A DNA stretch of 63,947 bases, filler included, from Folioceros fuciformis (taxonomy: Eukaryota): assembly GCA_049999805.1 (NCBI GenBank). It is 12 parts of 12 records of this genome, joined end to end, with 100 filler letters (N's around TTAATTAATTAA, not from the genome) between each part and the next. Parts side by side here need not be neighbours in the genome. Positions count along the whole stretch, not along the records: positions 1 to 5,060 come from JBNGIO010006061.1; positions 5,161 to 18,213 come from JBNGIO010006062.1; 10 more parts are not named here. The stretch is one strand, 5' to 3'. A program made the position numbers and the translations under genes. The notes beneath the pieces were generated by a model that worked only from the letters and a program-made list of their open reading frames with translations, did no database searches and had not been told where the DNA came from. Shown here in pieces: positions 1 through 12,579 of this stretch (position 1 is its first letter; every line of letters starts with the position of its first letter).

Positions 1-3000
1 AGCTTGCACACATGATTTGGATGATCCAAATCCTCATATCCTGGTGGCTGGTCCATGTATACTTCTTCCAGCAATTCTCCATGTAAAAACGCATTCTTCA
101 CATCCATATGATGTAGGACCCAACCTTTCGATGCCGCTAGTGCGATCACGGTTCGAATTGTTGCCATTTTGGCAACTGGACTGAACGTCTCCTCAAAATC
201 TATTCCATATGTCTGGGCATATCCCTTGGCCACAAGCCTTGCCTTGTACCTGTTGATACTACCATCTGCGTTGTGTTTGACCTTGTACACCCATTTGCAA
301 CCTATTGGTTTCTTGCCTTCAGGTAGTTGTACTAGGTCCCATGTTGCATTCTGATTTAACGCATTCATTTCTTCATCCATAGCATGTTCCCACTTTGTGT
401 CTCCAATAGCTTCTTCAAAGCTTCTTGGTTCCACATCCTGTACAACCTTTGCCATATAGGCATGGTGCTTAGCTACATAGCTATCATAGGTCAACCGCTG
501 TATTGGAACCTTCTGCCTTCCAGATCTCCGTGGGATTGAACCACTTCCAGGGGCTGATTGAACCTCTTTTGCACCAGGTGTTTCGATTTTCGGTACACCG
601 AATTCCTCATCCAAGCTCTGCTCAGAGTCGCTTACATCATCCGCACCTGCACTTAGGTCTGGTATCTTTGAATCCTGGACTTTTTCCTTCCCTTTGCGAG
701 ACACAGCTGTGGAGCTCGTAGGACTCACACTACCTCGCAACCTGCCACTCCATGGATTCTGAACATTTGTCGAGTTTGATGACGCTTGCGGTCCACTCAA
801 CACTTGTGATTGTTGACCTGCATTGCTTGTTACCTCAGTTTCAAGCACATCAGCTACACTACTTCCTTGTACTTCAAAGTACCAGCTACCCATTTCATCA
901 AAGACTACGTCTCTGCTTACTCTCATAGTCCGTGTACTGGGATTGTAGCACCTGTATCCTTTCTGTGTAACAGAATACCCAATGAAGACACACTTTTCTG
1001 CTTTTGGATCAAGCTTAGTCCGCAACTCATCCGGAATATGGACATAAGCAATGCAACCAAATACCTTTAAGTGTGACAAGTCAGGTTTCTTCCCTGTGAA
1101 CTTCTCCTCCGGTGTTACACTGTGCACCGCTGCTGTGGGAGTTCTGTTCATGATGTACACTGCTGTGCTTACAGCTTCAGCCCAATAGTAGTGAGGCATC
1201 TTCTTCTCTGTCATCAAGGCTCTCGCCACTTCTGCTATGTGCCTGTTCTTGCGCTCTGCAACTCCATTTTGTTGTGGCGTATAACGACATGAGTACTGCC
1301 GTTGAATGCCCTGTTCTGATAAGAATTTGCTGAACTCTCTGGAGAAGTACTCTCCCCCTCCATCAGATCTTAGGCATTTGATGTGCCTACCTGTCTGCTT
1401 CTCAACCATCGCCTTGAAAGTATGAAAATGAGTGATCACTTCACTTTTTTCTTTCATGAAATAGACCCACACCTTCCTTGTGTGGTCGTCAATGAAGGTC
1501 ACATAGTACTTGCAGCCTCCGATTGATGCAGTCTGTGTAGGACCCCATACATCTGAATGCACGACATCCAACACATATCTGCTGACATGTTTGTCATGGG
1601 GGAACGCATTCCTAGGCTGTTTCCCAAGTTGACATGCTTCACATATACCTTGCAGTCCATTTTCTGTAAGCTTGGGTATGCCTGTGACAACCTTCTGATG
1701 CTGCATGGACTTCAACTTCTGCACATTTACATGTCCAATGCGTTTGTGCCACATCTCTAGGTCTGTCACTACCCTTGTACCCTTCGCAAACATGGCTGAC
1801 TTCAGCTTAGGAACCTCCACGTTCAAGGTGAACATCCGTCCAACCTTCTGTCCTTGAGCAATCAGGCGACCACCTTTCTTGCACTCTTCAACAAAGAGTC
1901 CTGCAGGTGTAAATCTAACCTGCAGTCCTTGCTCAACCATCTGCCCAACTGACACCAAGTTCTTTGTGATGTTGGGTACGTGAAGAACATCTACCAGGCA
2001 CTTCACTTTGCCATCCTGCATCTTCACAGGTACAGTTCCTGTATGCACAATTGCATGTGTTGTGTCATCTCCAGTTTCTACATATCCAGGTTTGTCAAGC
2101 ACTTGCATTTCTTTGAACCACTCCCCATGGCATGTCATGTGGTTCGAAGCTCCTGAGTCCACATACCACACAATCTCACCATTGTTGGATCCATTAGCAG
2201 ACATAGAGTTAAGCATATGCTGCATGACAAACAAGTTTTCTGAGTCATTCTGACTGCTGCTAGAGGCATAATTGTTCTGCTGCCTCCTGTTGCCTTGATT
2301 TCTCCTTGGACAGTCTCTTTCGAAGTGGTCTAACCTACCACAAGTCCAGCAACCACTATTGTCTGCATTTGCATCATTTTGTTGTTGATTTCCACGTCCT
2401 CTTTGACTCCCCTAGCCTCGAGAATTTTCTCCTCTTCCACGTGTACTCTTGTACTGGGACTCCTGATTCTGTTGTTGATTTTGGTAGGGATTCCGACCTC
2501 TACCACCTCTTTGCCCTCTGCCACCTTGGGCTCTACCTCTGCCTCTGCCAGAGTAGAAGGCCTGCTCAGAGTTTTCCTTAGGCTTAGAGGATGATTCCTC
2601 GCCTAGGTTTTTCTCCTCTATGATCAACATAGAAATCAGGTCTGAGAAATTGGGAATGTTTTCCCGAGTCTGTATGGAAGTCTTGAACTGCTTGTAGGCA
2701 GGTGTTAACCCGCGCAAGCAAACTTCGACCTTGTCATCATCTTCCACACTGACACCAATGGACGCAAGGGATTCCACTATCCCTTTGATCTTTAATGCGT
2801 ACTCATTGATTGATAAGTTCTTCTTCATAACTGTGTTGAAGTCATTCTTCAACTGCAGTTTTCTCGCCTTCGTGTTAGTCTCATAGAGTTTTACCAACTC
2901 ATCCCATGCTTCTTTGGGCGACTCTGCATCCTGTATGTGCCCAATCATGGTGTCATGAATGCTGATTGACAGCCAATACATGACCTTCCGAGATCCTTGA

Positions 3001-3197
3001 CTCCAATCCTTCAGCGCCTTAATCTGCTCCGCTGTTGCATTCCGTTCAAGTACTACAAGGGGTTTTTCATGCTCCCCCTCAATGTAGTCCCAATAACCCT
3101 TTCCCATAAGAAAGTTTGTAAAACGAAACTTCCAGGCATGGAAGTTGTTTTTGTCCAGCTTCTCCTGTACGATCTGGTTAATACTGTCACTGGCCAT
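1..3197 (-). pseudogene. copia A gag-pol with one premature stop
   Basis: ATG at 3197; TAG at 2412-2414 where the other copies read TGG; the frame continues to the window edge. Confidence 0.85.
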
Positions 3198-3748
3198 TCT
3201 TGCCACCACTCAAGGTTGACACTCAATCCTTTCTTGAGTACTCACACTTGATAAATGTCTGAAAGAACCAAACTGCTTCTGACTGGAGTTTTACTCACAA
3301 GACCTTAAGTCTCTTCTTCCTAAGAGCAATCTAGTGCGGAATCACGCTGCCTTGCGTGAACCAGATTGTCTCATGCTCCGTGTCCTTACAGACTCTTGAC
3401 TGTCTGCCCACAAAGCTCCCGCGAGATTTCCTGTCAATTCCTTCCCTGCTGCCAAGCTAGGGTTAGCACACTTTCTTGCAGCTGCTGAGGCTATTGCAGC
3501 TGTTGCCTCCACTTGTCAGCCCTTCCACAGAGCTCTGGGGATCAACAGCTAGTCCAGTAAGCTGACAGGGCCTTGTCGCCCTTCTCCTCACTTCCTGCAC
3601 ACACCGATATGAGAGTTAGCTGCCGGGACGCTTGCTGCCGATCTCCCTCCAAGCTGCTCCAACTTCTCGTAGCTGCTCTAGCTTCTGGTGTGCACTCTTG
3701 CTGCCTCTTGCAGCACCTCCTACGCCGATCTTGCACCGCCTGCACCGG

Positions 3749-3760
3749 GCTCTGATACCA
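3749..3760 (-). promoter_or_regulatory. Primer-binding site (tRNA-iMet) of copia A
   Basis: Minus strand TGGTATCAGAGC directly after the LTR. Confidence 0.92.
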
Positions 3761-4058
3761 TGTCAATAGGATCGACTCCAATCTACGTGCAAGTGTAGGA
3801 GAGGAGAGGAGAGGAGAGAAGAGAGGGTGGTATTGGTGATCACAACCATGAAAACAATACACATCACCGCTGTCTTACTATGGAGGTCCGAGGTCTCCAT
3901 TTAAGTAGTACATTTAGGGCTACACAACTTCCAGGTTCAATATGGGATAATCTACACTATCCTAAGTTCACTAATAACTAGAACTAGTCTAGTATGAACC
4001 CAACTGGGATAACTAACACCACATGAGTTTAGCTCATATAGAGCTCGATAACTCAACA
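3761..4058 (-). repeat. 5' LTR of copia A (298 bp, TGTTGA...TTGACA)
   Basis: TG...CA ends; right edge fixed by resumption of gypsy sequence (ctcttgacccaaatcc) matching the copy near 52610; left 20 bp repeated at 55470. Confidence 0.88.
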
Positions 4059-5060
4059 CTCTTGACCCAAATCCACCATCCTGACAATATGCCCTACTCC
4101 CTTGTAGGCTCTTGTACTGCTGGAAGTGCTACCTCCAGCACTACCGGATGTGTACCCGGGGGATGGTCCTGCTGTTTCTCCCCCATAGGGAGCTTTGCTC
4201 CACGAGACAAATGAAACTTCAGCAGGTCCTGTAGGTTTAGACCTAAAGGTCACACCTTTCCTGCCAAAATCAAACACACAAGCTGTCCCGTACAACCACG
4301 GTCTCCCAAGGAGCACCTTGTACCCTAGGTCAGACACTGGCCTCATGACAATGTAGGTTAGCTTGAACATGATCCCTCCCATCACCGTGGGCACATCCTT
4401 CAACACTCCTAGAGGCTTCCTCTTGGTCTGATCTGCCATCCGAAGGTACATGCGGATAGGGTCAAACTCCGTGAACCCCAAACGATGGGCTGTGTCCTCC
4501 GTCATGAGATTGACACCAGACCCCGTATCCAACGGTACATCCGGTACCAGACAACCTGCAATCTCCACCTCTATTTCAGGAGCTCCACAATCAGCCAACT
4601 CCACTGAACTCATCCAAGTAGGGACTGTCTTCCCTTCGAGTGGCTCCGGTATCCCTCGGATGGCTTCCTTGACGATCTTCCTGGCCTTGGGACTAACAGA
4701 CAAGAGCTGTCTCAAGCTCACCACAAACTCCTGGTCAAGCAACGCGTCAGCAAATCTAGCAACCTTCATGGCCAAAGCCTCCCTCGCTGTTGTTGTCTGA
4801 GGAGGATTGATCCCTCCATCCTCCTCGCTTCGATCAACCTTCTCTCCTTCCTGTTCCTTCTCCAAGGGACTTGCACTCTCCACCACCCCTGTCACAAGAG
4901 GGTCTGCAAACGTGACCTTCTTAGACCGGTGCATCAACCTAGTCAGCTCTTCCTCCAGCATTGCAGCAACCTCCTTGCTGATGTCGGGTGGGAATGCTGA
5001 TTCTTCAACCTCTCCTTCATCTAGTTCACCTTCCTCTCGATGAGGTGGATCAACCTCTTG
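4059..5060 (-). mobile_element. Ty3/gypsy gag-protease fragment, copy 1
   Basis: ORF 4053-4961 with retropepsin motifs PLDTGSGVNLM and VLLGRPWL; highly similar to about 51620-52625 on the opposite strand. Confidence 0.85.
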
Positions 5061-5160
5061 NNNNNNNNNNNNNNNNNNNNNNNNNNNNNNNNNNNNNNNN
5101 NNNNTTAATTAATTAANNNNNNNNNNNNNNNNNNNNNNNNNNNNNNNNNNNNNNNNNNNN
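5061..5160. other. Artificial contig linker (six-frame stop TTAATTAATTAA within 100 nt); also at 18214, 22087, 28973, 40634, 42474, 46473, 53376, 55490, 61459, 62742; plain 100-N gap at 5586-5685
   Basis: Identical N-padded linker repeated 11 times. Confidence 0.97.
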
Positions 5161-5772
5161 TAGAAATCATTAATTAATGTTCTTTAATATACATTTCAGA
5201 TGTAATTGATCAACATGTTGATTTAATCTGCATATTCATTTAATCAAAAAACGAGGTGCACCGAGGCATGAGGAAGGCTCTGGAGTGAAGGCAGAATCCC
5301 GGTGGCCGTTTGAGGCCACCTGCTGCCCGGAGTGCAGGAGGCTCCAGCAGTGCCTTGCTCAGGCTGTGGCAGCAATGGCGGCATCACGAGGCGCCGTGGG
5401 TGCCAGGCCGTGGGCTGTAGGCGATGTGGGCGCACCAGAGCGACGTAGCAAGCGCGGGCGGAAGGCGCCAGACCGTGGGGGCGTCGCCACGGGCACAGTG
5501 GGCTCGGACGCCGTGGGCGCCGCCGGCACCAGTCGTGAACGTGGGTGTCGAGCGCAATAGGTTAGGACGTGGGCGTGGGCGAATTNNNNNNNNNNNNNNN
5601 NNNNNNNNNNNNNNNNNNNNNNNNNNNNNNNNNNNNNNNNNNNNNNNNNNNNNNNNNNNNNNNNNNNNNNNNNNNNNNNNNNNNNGTCGTGAGGGTAACT
5701 TTCAGAGTCTATATTACATTTTCAATCGTTTTCTAACTAGCCTTTTTACTTGATGTGTATTGATTTTGAAAT

Positions 5773-6387
5773 ATGGCGTCCTCAGAAAACGTCATGTTCA
5801 ACATAGAAAAGTTAGATGGTACTAACTTCCTGTTCTGGAAATAACAAATCTACAATGTTCTAGTGCAGAAGAAGCAGATCAAGCCAATAAAGTTTCTAGG
5901 AGTGAAACCCGTTAGCATAACTCAGGATGAGTGGCAGGATGTAGATGAGCTTGCTAGGTCTACAATCATGCTAACATTGTCCACACCAGGTTACATCTTC
6001 ATGTGCACAGGAGGGGCAGTCTCATGGCGATCTCGTTTGCAATCATGCATAACGCTATCTACCACAAAGGCCGAGTATGTTGCAGCGACTGAGGCATGCA
6101 AGGAAGCCATGTGGCTTGCTCGTCTAGTGGGAGATTTAGGGATCAAGGTTGCGCTGCCAGTGTTGCATTGTGATAGCCAGAGTGCTATCCAATTGGCGAA
6201 GAATCCAGTGTTTCATGCGAAGACCAAACATGTGGAAGTGAAGTATCACTTCATTCGAGAGGTGTTGGAAGACAAGAGGGTACAGCTTGTTAAAGTTCAC
6301 ACCAGTCAGAACCCTGCAGATATTCTTACCAAGGGGCTCTCTACAGAGCAATTCGCACAAGCTCGAACACTCATGGGCATGAGGTAG
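5773..6387 (+). pseudogene. copia B: gag N-terminus fused in frame to RNase H (large internal deletion)
   Basis: MASSENVMFNIEKLDGTNFLFWK*...ARSTIMLTLS joined near 5982 to TPGYIF..GGAVSWRSRLQ..CDSQSAIQLAKNPVFHAKTKH..NPADILTK. Confidence 0.85.
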
Positions 6388-6429
6388 ACCACTCTCCTGT
6401 GAAGGTAAATTGGCCTTTAAGTGGGAGGT

Positions 6430-6725
6430 TGTAGGGTTATTAAAGCCCAATGTGCTTAGACTAATGTGATTAGTCTAAGATTAGTGTCTAATTAAGTATT
6501 ATTAGTTTAGATTAGCTTAAGCTAATCTTTAGGAAGCTTCTTGTGAAGCTTCTTGTGACCTTCTTGTGAAGCTTCATGTGAGCTTCTTGTGAAGCTTCCT
6601 TGGGAGCTTTTCTAGAGGGTATAAATACCCTCTTGAGCTCCTTTGCAATAGAGCTGTGAAAGACACTGTGAGACCTCTCTTTCTCCTCTCCTCTTCTCTT
6701 CTTCTCTCCTCTCCTTCACCATGCT
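6430..6725 (+). repeat. Partial 3' LTR of copia B with short GAAGCTTCTTGT repeats and a TATA box
   Basis: Polypurine tract AAGTGGGAGG then TGTAGGG; tandem 12-mers at about 6532-6610; TATAAATA at 6620; right end not resolved. Confidence 0.65.
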
Positions 6726-7641
6726 CCTCTATCAATCCTTTCACTCCACCTCGCTGCCATGGACCGGCCAACCAACGGGCCTAGTTGACCCCTCCATAGT
6801 AGCCCCCGATCCAGCTCCTGCCGCCTGTTTGCCTCAGCCTAGAGTGCCCTCCCTTTGACCCTGGCAGCCGCCCGCCTAGCCTACTGAATCCGGCGGCTAC
6901 TCTGAGCCACCTGCCGGCTTCCCGATCCGGCCCTGGCTGCTAGGCAACCAGGTCGCTTGCCCACCACGATCCAGGCCAGCCAGCCTGGCTGCTTGGATCT
7001 TGCCATGCCACACTGCCGACCCCTGCTCGGGCTCCTGCATCCAGGCCACCCCCCGGCTTACAAATTCGGCCCCGGCCTGCCATGCCCAGAGTGCCCTGCC
7101 GACAGCCTGCCTCCAGCATCCCGCCCGACCGACAGCGCTCGTTTGGCCGGTACCAGGCTGCCTGTCTGTAGCCGGGCCTCCTGCACTCGGGCTGGCCGAT
7201 TTGCCCAGGCAGGCCGACAGTCCGATCAACCAACCTGTTCGCCTAGATTCGACTGGCCGACAGCATGCTTGGGAGCCTGCAGCCAGGCCGTTGCCTGGCT
7301 TTTGGATCCGGCCCCGGCCGTCTAGAGCCTCTAGTCAGCCAACCTGACGGACGCGATCTAGGACAGCCGGCGATGGCTGCCTGAACCTTGCGTCGCTCGG
7401 CTACTGCTCTCAGGCTGCCCCTTGTGCCCTTAGCCAACCGGTCCAGCGGCCCAGCAAGGACCCGAGCCGGGATCTGATCCTGGCCGCCTACTTGCCATCG
7501 GCCCGGGCTGGGCTGCTTGGCTAAGCTCCTCAGTCGGCCATCACCAACCCCACTCGCCACTAGCAGATGGCGGCGCCTACTTGCAAAGCGAATCCATTCG
7601 GGACCGCCACTAGATCCGACTCCGGCCTGCTGGATCCAGCC

Positions 7642-7839
7642 TAGCGTAGGATCGATAGCACAGAGCGTAGGGAAAAGAAGATAGATTAAATTATGCAATG
7701 TGTGTGTGAGGCCTTAAAGGCCATGTCCCATGAACGAGTACGACGGTTGACGGGTAACGTAGCGCTAGGGCACCGTGCTTTAACCTAAACGATAATTAAC
7801 GCCGGGCAGCGAGCTAGTATAGCGCATCCACTTTCGTTA
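7642..7839 (-). repeat. 3' LTR of copia F
   Basis: Matches 11630-11827 with 10 substitutions by manual count; preceded on the minus strand by AAGTGGGGG. Confidence 0.93.
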
Positions 7840-8365
7840 CCCCCACTTAGGCTGCATTCCTGCCATTGTGAACTTCGCATGCGCCGTAAACTCCGGCCGT
7901 CCTTAGCTTTCACATACTCTCCATCTGCAGATTCGATTGCAGCTATGCTGAACGTGGGCGGCGTTTCTCACTTGGACGGCAGCTTCGTCCTCTTGCTCCT
8001 GAGCTTGGCAAAGAGGAGCGACTGCGCCAGAGGATGAGATTGTTGCATGCTCAGTTGCGGCGGCTCAAGGGGTTGTCTCCTGCTTCTGATGAGGAGGACT
8101 TCCGCAAACTGTCGCCATGTCAAGGCCTTGCAATGATTTTGGATACTACTAGTTGTGACGCAGAGGGTAACCTTGTCTTCAGGTACGCTCCCTTTTGGAG
8201 GTGTCCTAAGGTGACAGCGGAGATGGCAAGTTTGTAGTTTTGCTTGTAACACACAGAGAAAAGCAAGCACAGCTGTTCCATGTTGTGCCCATCTGCCCCC
8301 ACTGTTTATGAAAAACGCTAACCCTCTGTGCACGTGCGTGCATGTGCTATGCAATTGTGCACGGA

Positions 8366-9481
8366 TCAAGGGTTCGTCTTAGCGACAAGACCCAAGCCTT
8401 CGCAGTGAGTGGTATGGCGGTCCTTCGGCAGTGGCTTCATGAACAAGTCAGCTAAATTCTGGTCTGTGGGGATATAGACTAGGTTTATCTCACCTGATTC
8501 TACTATTTGTCTGATGTAATGCTGCTTGATAGCAATGTGTCTTGTCCGCGAATGATGCAAAGGGTTTCTTGACAGGGCGATGGCGGACTGATTGTCACAG
8601 TAGATAGTTGTAGCACCAGGTTGAGGGAAGCCCACAGATGTCATGAAGCGCTTGTTATATACTGTCTCCTGAGCAGCTGACGTTGCGGCTGTATACTCCG
8701 CTTCGGTGCTGGAGAGTGCCACCACAGTTTGTCTGTTTGACGTCCAGCTAACCGCACCTCCAGAAAGGATTGTACAATTGGCAGTAATAGATTGCCTGGA
8801 GTCCTCGTCACTTGCCCAGTCAAAATCAAAATAGCAGATAAGTAGAGGAAACTTTCCTTGTGACTTGTATTTGAGTCCGAGATACTGTGTGCCTTTCAGG
8901 TAACGCAAAACTCTCTTAACCCCTGTCCAGTGGGCATTGCCAGGATTGGCAAGGAATCTCGAGAAGATTCGCACAGCTGGAGACACATCAAGTCTAGTCC
9001 ACCCACTGATCCAGATGAGGCATCCAGTGAGCATGCTGTAAGGTTTCTTTTCCATTTCCCGTTTCTCAGATTCTGTCTTCGGACTTTGCTCTGTGGAGAA
9101 CTTCTCTCCCACAGCCATGGGAGTAATGTCTGGCTTGCAGTCTGTCATGATAAACCTCTCTAGCCTTTGTCTTATGTAGTGTGCTTGATGACATAATATG
9201 CTTCCCTTGTTTGGACTAATATGTATCTGTATGCCTAGGAAGAAGGTGAGCTGACCTAGATCCGTCATGGAAAACTCAGTAGTGAGAATCGACCTGACCT
9301 TCTTCATGATGTCAGGGGAGTTAGCAAATATCAATGCATCATCTACGTACAATGCTAGGATTGCAAATGTCTGCCCTTGCCTTAGGATGTATACGTTCGT
9401 ATCAGCATCACTTTGGCTGAATCCTGACTGAATTAGGTGCGCTCTTAAATTCTGAGCGACTTGGGTCCAAATAAAGCACAT
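8366..9481 (-). pseudogene. copia F reverse transcriptase (C-terminal part) and RNase H
   Basis: [54 protein letters not shown]-terminus, gag, protease and integrase absent. Confidence 0.9.
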
Positions 9482-11617
9482 TTAAAAAACCTAATCTAGC
9501 CTGCATTTACTATCGCCCTGTCCCACGCCGCTGGCGGCTTCCTCCTGGCCTCCGCACGTCACCCCTCGCTTCTCCTCCTCTCGCTCTTCTGCCTCTCCGT
9601 TGGTCCGGCAGATCCTCCCAGAGGATCTCCACATCACTGCTGCTACTGCTGGGCCTGGCTGGCGGTGCAGGTGGGTCCCGCAGCTGTGGTCCACCACCCT
9701 TCCTCCTTCTCTGGTTGCTGAGGACAGCCACAAGCCCCCGTTCTACCCAGCGCTGGGCCTCCTCTTCCGTCAGTTCCTCCAGAATTGCCTCCGCATAGCA
9801 GTGGGGCAGCCCTGTCACCCACCATTTGTAGTGGTAGAGTCCCAGGCGCGTCCTCAGTTGTAGGACGTAGCCCCGCGTCCCTCCTGTGCCCATATGTACA
9901 TACAGAAACAGCTTCAGAACTCTGGCCCCTTCTACATACAGGCCTGGCACATAGGAGGCCTCCTCCTCTCACACCCTGCGCCGTCTCTCCCTTCCTCCTG
10001 GCGCTTTCTCCTCTTTCAGCCGCTTCACGCTTCAAGTTACTCCCGCTCCCCGTATTTTTGGATGCTGGACAGAGCTCCCCTTTCTCTAGGGTTTTTATAC
10101 CCTGCCTGCTTTCTCCCCTTACGCCCGTCGGGCTACCTCCAGTCGTCCCTCTGGTAACGGTTGCCCTGCTGGCTACCGTTGCCCCGTCACCTCGGGCCCT
10201 TACTTTTGCCTACCTTAATGTTCTCAATGACCCGAGGGCCAAGGAGGCACTTGCTGCTTCCCCCTCCTTGTCCCGCTCTCCCGTACTCCCCAAACCCCGA
10301 AGCCCAAGGTGGACTTTGGGTGTAAACACCCCGGTCTCACTCGCTTACTAAGCCGATTCGCCTGTCCCTTTACAAAAGAATCACAACCTGCTCATTCCGT
10401 CGCTCAAAATGGGGGTTCTGAAAGTTTTTTTTCGTTCACAACTACATCAAAAGCTAGCGTGCCAAGGGTACTAATGGAGCTTGGTGGAGGATCTAGAAGG
10501 GCATAGACTTCCGAGTAATCAAAAGGATTTTCTCGAAAGACAAGATGTAGAGGTGCCTCTTCAGATCCAGATGCTAATGACTCTTCAGGTGTTCCTTCAG
10601 ATCCAAGAACCGGTGACGTTCTAGATGTTACTTCAGATCCGACCCTCTCAGGTGACGTTTCAGATCTCAAGCTTGAAGGTGTCGCTTCACGTCTAGCAGG
10701 AATCCGGCGAGGTGGCCTCCCTGCAGGGCTTGGATCCCAAGGTTCCGACATGCTCAAGCACCATCTTCGGCAATTCTGAAGGGAAGTTTGGCAGAATTTG
10801 CTGGAGATTGACAAGTGTGGTCTCTCCTGATTCAGCAATTACTGACGTCATGTCATGTTGCTTCTTCCTTTTGCAGTTCAGTCTCAAAGACTTCCTCCGT
10901 ACTAAGCATGTCCCTGACTACTGTCGGGATTGACTCTTGTGTGATGCTTGATCCACCATGCACTCTAGCAAGTTGTGTTGGCTTAGGGACTGGCCGAGCA
11001 GGTACCTATGAAATTAGAGTGTCTAATTTGTGGTTGATGTTACAAAATCTAGTAGTTAAGTCTGCAATGTGGTTGCGCAAGATTACGACTAATTCGTAGA
11101 CCTCGACCAGAAGCTGTGTTGCAGGTGAGGGATAGGAATTTATGTCGTTTGTGCAATCTCGACATAGTGAGGTACGACCATGTGCCAACCTTTGTGCAGC
11201 CTGAGCAGAAATGTTATGTGCCTGTGCGATTTCCTGCCGAATCTGTGTGCGTAAGAATGTAGTGGGTCAGGTTTGTGCCTAGTGGGCTGATTGACAGTGC
11301 GTCGATGCTGGTGCAGGTTCTTGCACTGTGAATTAAAGAAGTGAGTGAGCCTTCGATGCTGGAGTTCGACAGAGTCTCCTGAATGGATCGACGAACTGCT
11401 GTTTGTCTCTCCCTCTAAATCTCGGCATGGCGGCGCGCACTAGCTGTAGTAGTGCTCAACGGCGCTTGCAAGAAAGGAGTCAGCCATCTCCCCGAAGCAG
11501 CTTAGCAATTTCTTGAGTGCGGCGAATCACTGCCCTGAAATGTGAGTGGGGCAGATTTTTTATGCTGCCTATGCGTCAGCAGATCGCACAAATGCTAGGG
11601 GAGGCTAAGTCCATCCT

Positions 11618-11629
11618 GCTTTGATACCA
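11618..11629 (-). promoter_or_regulatory. PBS (tRNA-iMet) of copia F
   Basis: TGGTATCAAAGC, one mismatch to TGGTATCAGAGC, abutting the LTR. Confidence 0.85.
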
Positions 11630-11827
11630 TAGCGTAGGATCAATAGCACAGAGCGTAGGGAAAAGAAGATAGATTAAATTATGCAATGTGTGTGTGAGGC
11701 CTTAAAGGCCATGTCCCGTGAACGAGTACGACGGTTGACGGGTAATGTTGTGCTAGGGCACCGTGCTTTAACCTAAATGATAATTAACGCCGGGAAGTGA
11801 GCTAGTATAGGGCATCCACTTTCGTTT
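11630..11827 (-). repeat. 5' LTR of copia F
   Basis: Direct repeat of 7642-7839, same length. Confidence 0.93.
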
Positions 11828-12289
11828 CAGCCCGCAGCATGCGTGGATCCGCCCCTAGCAACGCCTACCTGCAACCCGGCCTGCCGATTCGGCCAGGCTC
11901 CCTACTACCAGCCATCAACCTTATTCATGCCGGCCAGGATTCGGCCCCGATCCGCTACCGTTAGCCCAGCTAGCCAATCAGCCAGGCTTCCCGGATCCGC
12001 CAGCAGCCAGTCTGCTCATCGACAAGCCAGGCCGCCTGCCATGGTTGCCTGGATCCCGCCATCTCGACCCCGTCCAATCTTAGCGATCCGGCCGGGCTTG
12101 GATTCACCTGCCAGCCTGCCAGGTCGGCCTAGCTATCTGGCTGAATTTCCCCTGAAGCTGGTCTACCTGCCGACCAACCAGGCCGCCCGCAAGCTAGCCT
12201 CCTCTGCCCGGCCTCGACCAGCCTACCTGCCTCCACCGGATCTCGCCCCCTGCCAGTATCCGACCAGCCCATCACGGCGATTCGGCGTC

Positions 12290-12579
12290 GGCCGCTTGCC
12301 AGCCAGCCTGCTGCCGTCCTGGCTTCCTGGTTCCGCCTGGCCGGCCAATGCCAGGATTTGCCTGCCTGGACTCCAGCAACTGGGCCTGCGCGCTGCTGGG
12401 GCGCATGCCCGCCCTCAGCAGTTGGGCCGCTTGCCAGCCAGCCTGCTGCTATCCTGGCTTCCTGGTTCCGCCTGCTTGGCCGGCCAATGCCAGGATTTGC
12501 CTGCCTGGACTCCAGCAACCGGGCCTGCGCGCTGCTGGGGCGCATGCCCGCCCTCAGCAGTTGGGCCGCTTGCCAGCCA
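12290..12579. repeat. Recent tandem duplication of about 135-139 bp (about 2.1 copies)
   Basis: ggccgcttgccagcca recurs at 12290, 12425 and 12564 with near-identical intervening sequence. Confidence 0.9.

Larger units (their letters stand above)
1..4058 (-). mobile_element. Ty1/copia LTR retrotransposon family A, copy 1 (5' LTR, PBS, gag-PR-INT-start of RT; runs off window start)
   Basis: Gag (EKLDKNNFHAWK), protease [11 protein letters not shown], integrase [27 protein letters not shown] and [18 protein letters not shown] in copia order; LTR and PBS present; inserted into a gypsy fragment at 4058/4059. Confidence 0.95.
7642..11827 (-). mobile_element. copia F: complete non-autonomous LTR element (RT C-terminal half plus RNase H only)
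   Basis: 198-bp LTR pair, TSD CAGCC at 7637-7641 and 11828-11832, PBS 11618-11629, PPT next to 7840. Confidence 0.93.

Noticed and set aside
169-3251. Plus-strand ORFs repeated identically at 29-32 kb, 41-42 kb and 54 kb
   Set aside because: Antisense shadows of copia A pol, shared only because the copies are nearly identical
5105-5116. Recurring TTAATTAATTAA palindrome
   Set aside because: Always centred in N runs totalling 100 nt; an assembly linker, not biology
5161-5585. GC-rich CGTGGG-repeating fragment as a Pro/Ala/Thr-rich host gene, and a 14-bp palindrome near 5210
   Set aside because: 425-bp contig with no recognisable motif; too little evidence
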